From the human T2T-CHM13v2.0 reference genome, Homo sapiens, in NCBI RefSeq assembly GCF_009914755.1, contig NC_060939.1: DNA of 64,000 nt; one strand, written 5' to 3'. Both the position numbers and the translations under genes were made by a program. Below the pieces are notes generated by a model. That model made no database searches and had not been told where the DNA came from. It was given only the letters and a program-made list of their open reading frames with translations. The first letter of the stretch is position 1. Each line of letters begins with the position of its first letter. Shown one piece after another: positions 44,396 through 64,000 of the stretch.

Positions 44396-46011
44396 GTGAT
44401 ATCATAAGACAGACCTTTTCCCTTCTCATCAGTGACTGGAATTAACTGCCCATGTGGAACGGGTTGTGGGTGTTGGTTCCTTTACTGGGTCATCTGGTAA
44501 ACTGCAAGGTTTCTGCTGTGACATTGAAGGCAGACATCAACCCTCTAAGACATTTTTTTCCTATCCTCTGGGAATATTACTTTTTGGACAATCTTGGTCC
44601 ATTGGTAAGCTCATGGGAATTTGTCAGAGTTTTTTTGTTTCTTTTGGCTCATGTTTAGCATCGATTGGCAGAGTGTTTGGAGTCATCCTCAGAAAGGAAT
44701 TACAGTGGTTCGGAGGTGTTTTCTGTAGTGGGCCCTCATTTGGGAATTGGCTTGAAAAAAATGTAAGTTCACTTGCTTCCAGGATGGTATTAAGATTGCT
44801 TTTTTTGATAGTTGGCGTGTGTCTATCAGGTAAGGGCTGTCATTTAGAGAATATAAAGTGGTAGGAGAAACTAAAAGTACTGTTCTTAGTTTTTATTTTA
44901 ATCTTATTCATATACAAGTGCCTTTGTAATTTAGCAAATATCATTTTTGGTGTACAGTATAAATTTCCTTTTTATAAAGATCTGAGTTTTTAACTTTGCT
45001 GTCACTTTCTGTGTTTCATGACTTAAATATTTTAATTTTTTCTTTTTTTACATTTACATTTTTTATTCTAGTTCCAATTGCTAATCCAGCATTTGTGGAT
45101 AGCTGCAAACTGCGATATGTAAGTAACATTTACATTTTAAAAATTATTTCTCATGGTTTTATTAAGTAGTTACAGCATACATATTTATCAAAAGCAGAGT
45201 CCTAAGTAATTATCATAAATTTTTCTGATGTAATGATGAATCTACTCATAGGCAATTTTTATGGGCATTCCAATTATAAACTTTAGAATATTTAAAAATA
45301 GCCCTTCTCCTAATATAGATACGATTCTGGGATTATCTAAGCTACTCCTGGAAACTTTATTAACTGTTGTTGTTTTTTTATTTTCGTAGAGACAAGGTCT
45401 CTCACTATGTTGCCCAGGCTGGTTTCCAACTCCTGGGCTCAAGTGATTCTCCCATCTCTGACTCCCAAAGTGTTAGGATTACAGACGTGAGCCACTGCGC
45501 CAGGCTAACTGTTACTGTTTTGAGTATTGGTTATAAAATACTTCAACCCTGATCCCTGTGTATTAATTTAGTTATACTTCCTCAAAGTTTCCCTTGGGCA
45601 CCCTTATCTGTCCCTATGTAGCACATAGCTTCCCTATGATGTTATTTATAATCTAATGAGATTAATTATGATTTATAAACTCCCGATGGAAGGAAGTGTC
45701 CTTACTTTTTATAGAAGCAACATACCAGGTGGAAAGCACCGTAGATCAAGTGTTAGAAGGCTCTGGGTTCCTGTTGCCTATAAGACTTGGCCAAATGATT
45801 ATCTTTTTCTCAATCTCTGTTTCCTGGGGAGTGTGGGTGGGACAAGGAAATGGCATAGGTTTAGGATTCAGACAGACCTGGGTGTGGATCAAAGATCTGC
45901 TTTCTGGGCCAATTACTTTAATTGCTGAGCCGCAGTTTCCTCATCTGTAAAATTGGGATGGGATAACTACTTGATAGATTTTTGGTAATTATTCAACTTT
46001 GAATGTGGTAA

Positions 46012-46317
<306 letters not shown>

Positions 46318-47854
46318 GTATAGTGCCTGATTCTTAGTGGGTATTTCATTGACAGTGGGGTTGGGGTTGTAGAAGTTGTAGTTATTATCATGAAGCTTGC
46401 TTATCTCATGATTGTTAGGACAGGCACATGAAAAAACGGAGGTGAAAGGATGTTGTGAATTGTGGCAGTGGTATAATAATTATTCTTCTATGCTGGTGAA
46501 ATATGGGTGAAACAATAGGAGTTTAGAAAATGTTTAATAATAAGGGTAATTCTTATTATACGTCTTCTAATGTTACTCTCGCAAAGTAAAATCTGGTAAT
46601 AGAAAGTAGGATTTTTAGGTAATGGTTGAGCATTTAATACTTTGAGAAGGCTTATGGTATGCTCATTAAAAATGAATCAATGAAATATGTATTTAAACAC
46701 TTTTATTTAAAACGTGTTATATACCTGAATGGGGTGCTCCCTGCTGACATTTTCAGACAGACATTCCAAATCATTTCCGAGAACAGTCATCCCTCTGTAT
46801 CAGCCAGGAGAATGGTTCTAGTATCCCCTTGGATACTAAAATTAACACATACTGTTTTTTCCCCCACTGTTAAAAATTGAGGTTTGATTGTAAAACAGTT
46901 TTAATTTGAATAAAATGATACTGAGGTAGACAAGTTCTCTGGTAGGAATCTTCTTTTATTCTCTTTCTCCATCCAAAGCCACTTCCAGCGAGGTTTTCTC
47001 TGACCTCAGGTTATATTACCTTGATAGCATATGATAAAGGGTCCTTAACTTAGTCTGGGAGATAATTATTATTGAAGTAGATACTTAGTTTTGTTTTGCT
47101 TATAAAAAATTAGAATCACATGATATAGTTTTTTATGTTTGTTTTCCCCCATAACATATATATTATGTATTTTAAATGTTATCAACATTTTAAAATAAAA
47201 TACATAATACTTAAGGTAAACGTTTTATATGTTGTGAATATCTGATCATTTTGTTTACTATTTTTGGATAGTATTATAATGTTGTAAACAACATTTTGAT
47301 GAACATTTTTGAGATTAAATCTTCGTGCCCGCTTTTTCTTTTTCCCTTTAGGAAAGATTCATAGAACTAGAACAAATGGGTAGAAGGCAGTAAATATCTT
47401 TGTGACTTCTGAAAAATTGCTGAAATACTCTTAAAAAAACATTGTATCAATAGATAATCCCAGTCAATGTGTTTAAAATGCCTTTTGTTAGAACTTCCAA
47501 CGTTGAGTATTTATCAAATTGTATATCCTTTTATCCTTGCCAATCAACTTTATGAGGTATAATTCATATATAGTAATAGTGTAATACTGTAACTTTAAAA
47601 TGTGTTACTTGTAAATTACACATAATTTAAAATGTTCCATTTTAGCTATTTTTATGTGTACAGTGACATTTAGTTCATTCCCATTGTTGTGTAACCATCA
47701 CCACTATTCATTTCCAGAACTTTTTCGTCATCTTGAACAGAAGCTCTTTACCCGTTAAACATAACTTCCCCTTTCCCTTCCCTTCCCCAGTCCTGGTAAC
47801 CTATACTCTACTTATTCTATCTTGGTAAATTTGCTTATGGTGAGTACCTCATAT

Positions 47855-48354
47855 TGCTACTGAAACATCGAGGGGTTTGGTCTAGGTCCTGTTGCTCACA
47901 GCGCAGAAAGCCAATCACGGAGACGATGAGTGTTGCTAGGGAACAAGGCTTCAATTGGGTGCTGCAGCTAAGGAGATGGGAGATCAATCTCAAATTTGTC
48001 TCCTCGACTGACTAAAACCACGGGTTTATTTAGCAGGGAAGAAATGTAACCACGTATGGGAAAACAGGAGTTAGGGAAGGGTGAGGGAGAGGAGTTGGTC
48101 GACAGGAAGCAGGTAGTTGGTTAGGCAATTGTGATGGGTGAGGTGGTCTGGTGTCTTATGGTCCAGATGTGGTGATCTGGTAAGTTTCAGTTCCTTGATA
48201 ACTATCTGGGAGGCCTGATGGTTGGTTTCCCAAGAAAGGAACTCAGATAAGACAAATGTAACTTTCTCAAGTTTTAAGACTGGGAGGGTCAATTTCTATC
48301 TTTATTTTAAAAGACTGTAAACATCAGTTCTATAGGACAATTGGGCTGGTTTCA
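47855..48354 (-). mobile_element. ERV1-class solo LTR (MER66-like) inserted in an L1M
   Basis: TG...CA termini; GGGGTTTGGTCTAGGTCCTGTTGCTCACAGCGCAGAAAGCCAATCAC; L1M sequence on both sides. Confidence 0.65.
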
Positions 48355-48600
48355 TTTGCAAGGTTTATCCATGTTGTAACTAACATGTGTCAGCATTTCA
48401 TTCCTTTTTAAGGCTGAATAATATCCCTTTGTATGTAATATACCACAGTTTATCTTTTCATCTGTTGTTGGGCACTGGCTTGTTTATATCTTTTGGCTAT
48501 TGTGAACAATGCTGCTATGAACATTAGTGTTTTCACACCTGATGGGTGTGAAGTTAGTATCTCATGGGTTTGATTTGTATTTTGTGACTAGTGATGTTGA

Positions 48601-49722
<1,122 letters not shown>

Positions 49723-49839
49723 TAGATTTCTTCCTCTCTATTTCACCCTTTTTCTGTTCCTGAAACCCCTACAGGATGGGTGTGGGAGTTTGTGTCTCTT
49801 GACTCTTCTTTCAAATTTTCTTTTGCTTTCTCACTTGCT

Positions 49840-50600
49840 CTTGTTTATTGAGATATAATTCACATACCATAAAATTCACCATTTTAATGTGTACAGTTCA
49901 GTAGGTGTCAGTATATTGAAAACTGTTCAACCATCGCCACTATCTAATTTCAGAACAGTTTTCTCACCCAGTGAAACCCAGTACCCATTCTTCTCCAACC
50001 CCTGGCAACAACTAATCTACTTCTTGTCAGCTGATTTGCTATTCTTGATATTTCATATAAATGGAATCATACAGTGTGTGGCCTTTTGTGTCTAGCTTCT
50101 GTCATTTAGCATAATGTTTTCAAGGTTCCTCCGTATGGTGGAATGTGTGAGTACTTCATTCTTTTTCTAGCTGAATAATCTTTGTATGGCTATTCCACAT
50201 TTTGCTTATGTGGTCTTGATGGACATTTGGGGTTGTTTCCACATTTGGCTATTATGAATAATGGTGCTCTGAACATTTGTCCACAGGGTTTTGTGTGAAC
50301 ATATACGTTTTTATTTCTCCTACAGTGGTGAGATTGCTGGATAAAATGGTAACTCTGTGTTGAACCTTTTGAAGAACTGCCAAAGTCTCTTTGTTAAACT
50401 TTTATTTTAGGTTCAGGGGTACACATGCAGGTTTGTTATATAGGTGAACTCATGTTATGGGGGTTTGTTGTATGAATTATTTGGTCACCCAGGCACTAAG
50501 CTTGGTAAGGACCAATTGTTATTTTTTCTGATCCTCTCCCTCCTCCCACCCTCCACCCTAAATAGGCCCCCGTGTCGATTGTTCCCTCTTTGTGTCCATG
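49840..50600 (-). mobile_element. L1M fragment followed by an L1PA 3' end
   Basis: GAGATATAATTCACATACCATAAAATTCACC...; TTTTAGGTTCAGGGGTACACATGCAGGTTTGTTATATAGGT. Confidence 0.8.
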
Positions 50601-51959
50601 CAAACTTTCTTCTTTTATTGCTCTTCCTTGACTTTATCTTTGAGCTCTCAAACTTGATATTTATCCCCACTCATTTTATTATTTAGGATTTCCAGTTAAT
50701 TTTTTAATTTCAACAATCATATTTGAAAGTTTTTGTTCATTTTCTTTTTCTCTGATTGGTCCTTTTTCCTAGCTGCCTATATTTGGTGTATAATATACTT
50801 TTGAATTTGAGGATAAATATTAGGATTATAAAAATCCTCGTCTTGGAGCAGAATTTAGAATTAAATATTGTTATTAATATTTAAGGCTAAACATTAGGAT
50901 TATATAATATAAGCCTGGAACCTGGACTTTGAAAAAAAGGGAACAAAATTAGGATTATGAACATTGTATTCTTATCTCTTGAACTTGCAGGTCACTTCTT
51001 TTTCATCATGGTCCTGCTTTTTAATGCTGTTTATTTCTCAAATGCCTGGTGATCTCTGGTTCTTCATTTATATTATGAATAAATGATTAAATTGATTGGT
51101 ATAGAAGTTGGCAATATGAGTTTCCTTTATTCTTGCCTAAGTCTCTTTCTCCAATAGCTTCTCCTTTAAAGAAAGGGCTGGTATGTGGGTAGGTGAGGCC
51201 TGTTGACTGGTTGACTTTAATTTGGGATTCCAGCTGGCTGAAGATCAGTAGGCAGGCTGGAGGCCTCTGCAATTGCCAGGGTGGGTTTTTCTTTGCAGTG
51301 GAACTGGCTTTCCTCATTTATTCCCTTCCCCGCTTCGGTATCTGGAGGACCACAGTTGCTGCTTCCCACATCCATCCATCCAGTGAGCAAGGTGGATTGC
51401 TCACTGTAGGAATGATTTTCCACATTTACCCAGGAGGCCAGGGCTGCAGGGTTTATTCTGTGTACCAGGGAAGGGAGATGGAAAAGAGACAGGACCTGAT
51501 TGGCTCAACTGTTCCTTGTACAAGGACACAATTTTTCCTTGTGCAGTTGTTTAATCTGATTATTGTCCTGTGGCTCATTCTTTCTTTTTGTCTTTGTTTA
51601 TTCCAAGTCCCTGAGGCTTCCTTGGGAACGTCTGTCTACCTGTGGTTCTTAGACAGGGGATTCCTTTGTTGATTCTCTGTCAGTCTTAATTCTATTTGTG
51701 CATGTCATCTGAGATTTTCTCAAACTTTCTAGTCCACTTTTAGCCCTCCTTTTTGTTTCCAATTATCATTTAATAAAAAGAGCTTGTATTTTAGAGACTC
51801 TAGAGGGTTCAGAAAAGTGAGTATCAAGTGTTCAGTGTGCAATCATTAAAGACAGAGAATATCTCATAAGTTTGCATCTGTGTTACTTACACGATTGTGA
51901 TTTACGGATGCTTTATTTCTTTCCCTTTCCCTTTTATTTTTCCTTTTGTTTCTTTTATG

Positions 51960-54850
<2,891 letters not shown>

Positions 54851-57800
54851 TCCAATTATCCTACAGATATTTTTCAAAATGATTACTTTTAAACTATAAT
54901 CTTTTTATTCAGAGGTAGGATGCTAGTTCTACAATTGCCTAGGTCTTCTTTAATTTGTATATGTTAAGAAATTTTAATGGGCAATTTAATAAGTGTTGAA
55001 ATTTCTAAGAATTATTTCTGTATGTTAGAGTTGTGATAACGCAGACATTTTCCCTGAAGTACTTCTCTGAGTCTGATTTGTTTTCCTCCATGGGTGCCAC
55101 ATAGGTTTATTTTAAGAAGGTAAAAAATAAAAGCTGACTAAGGTACATATTGATTATTCCAGACAACATGCAGACATCACCCAATGAGTGCAGTTCTCAT
55201 CAACTCACCATTTGTTTCAATTAGAAAAAATTCTCATCAAAACTAATTTTTCTGCATGAAATACCTTTTCAAATCACACTGAATGTGATTTATTAATTGT
55301 GATTTATCAAATTCAGTTTTCTGCTGGATACTAAAGGCAGACCTCATTAAGACTAGTGATTATGGAAATAGTACAATATTTTAGAAACTTTTGATTGTAA
55401 AAATTTCTTTTAAAATGAATACATACAGATATGTTATTGTTCAGATATTTAGCACTTACGTAGAAACTCACTGATCTACTAACAAGTAGAAAAGAGACCT
55501 TTAGCCAAATGCCTCTGTACTCAGCAATAAAATGATTAATTACTGTGTTGCTCTTTTCTCTGGTTAAGGCTTTTAACAAATTTTGTTTTTCCTTTTACTA
55601 TTACACCATAACTTGTTTAAATTTTGTTGCTGTTGCAGAATTACAGCAGACATTACAGTTCATGTCTCCCTGTGTATACGAGGGAGAGTTTCTCTGGGCT
55701 GTGTACATGGGGGAGTGTGGGCCTGACCTGTCACATTCAATTTTTATTTCACAGTCTTATATCTAATGCTCATCATTGCATAATGTAACTAGCTGGGGTT
55801 AGTTTCCTCAGTCCCTGACTCTTCTCTTCAGAGCCTGTTTTCTCTCCGTTTACAGATGGGCCAAGGTTGCTCGGGTGATTGGTTTACTGGCTTCGCACAA
55901 AACTGATCTCCAGGAAAATACACCTGTTGTTGAGGTAAAGTCTTTTATGACTGAAATGTGATGAATGACAAGAAGTACTGTTGTTGATTCTGTAATTTAG
56001 AACATGCGGCTTTCCTTGACCTTCACTTGACTTTTCTTTGTGGGATTGTGGAAATTGTTCAAAAACTTATCACCTCAACAGACCTTTAGGCTTAAACATA
56101 GCGGCTCATTTACAATGTAGTCCATCATTAAAATGGCACAGCAGAGTTAACAAGGCTCGTGAACCCTACTCATCATTATTTCATTTGTTTTTGAATAAGA
56201 CTTGTTCATTTCCCGTTTTCTTGTAGTCTGTCCAACATTTTGTTACAGCTAATGTATTTCCTAATTAAATCATAGCTTATAATTCAAAATTCAAATTCTT
56301 CTGGCTTTTAGTGTTTTCGTATGAAAGATTACTTTCTACCTATTCTGTTAATGTATATTACACTTTATTGGTAATAGAGTGTTATACCTTGAACTGGGAG
56401 AGGCTCAAGAGTCAGTGTAGGTGAAAAGAACCAAGGCTTTTTAGGGGAAATAGCAAGAGGTCCTGAAGGAGGTTAAAAAGGGTAAAGGAGAGAGGATTTT
56501 GTAGAGCTGAAGCTGGTTGTGTGGTATTTGGGGCTTTAAGAGGAATTGGAAAACTTTCTATGTCTGTGTTGTCCACTATAGTAGCCAATTGGTATTTGGA
56601 GCCTCAAGAGGAATTGGAAACTTTTCTCTCTGTGCCATTCACTGCAGTAGCCAATTGCTGGGATAGTATACCAGCTGGCCTTACAGTGTCTGGGTGGAGA
56701 TTAATATAATTTCACTGTATTTCCCTTGCTTACAATTCCATCTCTATTTCCTGCAAACTGTTGGATCTCTGAGCTACTAGTAAAATGCCACTAAGTCTAA
56801 TTGTTTCCTTTTTTGGGGGGCCTAAAATAAATGAATTGTTACCTATGTGATTACTGATGGTACCCAACTTGGTTCTCAGAGATGTGTCGAGTAGATTTTT
56901 ATCTAAAAGATTGAGCATATAGGGCAGTATTACCAGGAAGATGAGAAGGCTTAGGATCTTAAAAATGGGGGTTCCTTCTGATGGCTCAGAGCAAAAGGTC
57001 TCCAGTGAGATGGAGTAGCTATAGAAGATGGGAGAGAACATAAAGTCCAAGACAAAGTCCCAAGATTTTAGAGGATATTCCTGCATCGTCAGAGCAGGCA
57101 TTTGTTGCTCAGAAGCTGTGAAGAAAGAGCCTCTGAATATGTAAAATATGACTGTTGAATTAAATGATTCAGTAGTTGCAGTAGATTATGGATACTTTAG
57201 GAAGCTGAGTTAGTGAATTTGAAGATCAGTTGGATGAATTCTCTTAGGATTCAGAAAGAAAGAGGATAAAGATTGTGAATTAAAAAGGCATGGATGATAG
57301 TTTCAGATGTGTTCCACTATCCAGTATAGTAGCCACCAGCCACTGTGGCTATTGAGTGCTTGAAGAACAGCTAGTCTGAATTGAGATGATCAACTTATAG
57401 AAAAGAACACTATGGGCACCCTGTAATTTCCAAACCCCTTGTTCTACTTGATCTTTTTCACAGCATATATCACCACCTGGCATTTTATGTATTTATTTCT
57501 CTTTCCATACTAGACTACAAGCTCCATTGGAACAGGGATTGTGAATTGTCTTGTTCAACACTCCACCCCCGTGCCTAGACAGTGTCTTGTGTATATCTAG
57601 ATACTGACAAATATTTTGAAATAAGTGAATGAAAGTGTATCAGTATGCTTGGGACTCCCTGTAGCAGTGCCTGGAAGATGGTATGTTTTGCTGCTGCAGG
57701 AATTCTCAAGGGACTGGGCAGAGGGCATGTGAAGTAATCTGGGACCTGCTTGTCACCCTGGGTGATGTGCTGCCCTCGTTCTACTGGTACTTGCTGTTGC

Positions 57801-58829
57801 GGCTGCTGCACTCCCACTTGGAGAGTTTGGCCCAGCAGTTCCTGGACCATATTTGTTACTTGTGCTCACTCAGGTTGAGTTCTGTGGCCAGTTTGTATTC
57901 TCAAAGTATTTCTGCTACTCCAGTTATACTTTGTCAACGTTGTATTCCTGGTCCTGCCTCAACTGAGAGGAAAGGGTGGGTGTTAATTCCCGAGGTTCTT
58001 GTATCTTTGATTCCGGTACTGTTCTCTTCATGGGTGTTTGCTGATGCTTTATTAATTTGAAATGCAAGACCTTAGGGAAAATCATACTTATTTCATTTAA
58101 AAAATGGTGTGTACTGAACTATCTGGTGAACTGTTTTGAATTACACACACTGTATTGTGAACTACATTTGGTTGGATAGTAGGGAGCTTATATAATAACT
58201 TGAAATTGAGCCAGGTGCTCCTTTGTGATGCCATCTTAATTTTATTATTTCTCCACACCTTTTAGTTCTTTAGTTCGTTACTTTTAATGGCAAAATCTGT
58301 GAATTTCTTTCGCATCAACCTATTTCCTGCTGTGAGCAATTGGCTGTGATAATTTAAGGAGCCACTAGAGGTCATTCAAGCACTAGAAAAAAAGTTGTGC
58401 AAGTTTTAAGAATTTGTTTCAACTTCCAGAAGCAGGATCTGTAGAGGCTGAGCAGGTACATGGTACCATGTTTCATCTTTTTCCTGGTTTTTTAGAAGTT
58501 TCTGCTAAAGGATGTGTGGCTCCATTCCATTGGTGATTTTTACCATTTGAGAGGAATCAGATGAATGAAAACCATTATAGCCTCTCCAGAAAAATGCAGT
58601 CAGCACCTAGCACATGATTTCAGGGGATCTGAAAACTCTGCAGAGTCCACTGGTGAATCTTTGGTTCATAACTCCTGAGACCAGGTTTCTGTAAAACTCA
58701 CAATTGGGTGCTTGTAGATAATTTTTCAGTAATCAGTAACAAAATTTCAAGTGTAAGATAAATCCTGAATTCTCTATTAGATTTACTATCAGTGAACAAG
58801 AAAAATTGTGGTTGAAGTTCCTGTAAGCA

Positions 58830-61136
<2,307 letters not shown>

Positions 61137-61460
61137 TCAAAAGTCAATACCTTTGTGACCTACAAGTCTCTTTATTTGCCCTCCATTATAGACTGAGCTG
61201 TTAATAACATTTAATGAGCTCACATGGATTCACTGGCTAATAAAGAAGAATAGAGTTGAGGACATTGCTGCCCTGTTTATGCCCAAAAATTACCCTAAAC
61301 TGAAAGTTGCTTTGTGTTCCTTCACTCCCCTCTGCTGGTAAATTTTAATATAGTTCTTAATTTTTTTAAGTCAAATTGATAGAAACATCAATTGTGTTTT
61401 TAAAACTGTAAGAAAAAATAATGTTGAACATCACAAAAATGTACTCAATCTTTCCCAAAA

Positions 61461-64000
<2,540 letters not shown>

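Overview
Primate (almost certainly human) chromosome 15q13-type segmental-duplication mosaic; no prokaryotic features. In order: (1) ~9.5 kb of repeat-rich sequence with patches paralogous to 32.9-33.4 kb; (2) a complete 19-exon GOLGA8-family golgin gene (+, ATG 11329, stop 21752, 631 aa if spliced conventionally, but the exon-13 donor reads AT not GT), with an intronic RN7SL pseudogene, two dead GOLGA2 exons and a ~3.5 kb foreign 3' UTR; (3) a tail-to-tail DNM1 pseudogene fragment (-) carrying a young L1PA2-like insertion with TSD; (4) a CpG island holding an internally deleted UBE2Q2 exon 1, which serves as first exon (FAM7A exon D) of a ULK4 pseudogene cassette (FAM7A exons C, B, A, E plus a dead ULK4 exon), with a U8 snoRNA pseudogene in an intron; (5) the start of a second, direct-orientation GOLGA8 copy ~52 kb downstream. 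The most interesting signal is the chimeric UBE2Q2-promoter/ULK4/GOLGA8 unit. It has a 76-96 aa uORF ending 27 nt before the MQKYCIYQHFQ start used by CHRFAM7A, and an open frame through exons B-A-E that is phase-compatible with GOLGA8 exon 2. All homology calls rest on remembered reference sequences and need alignment.
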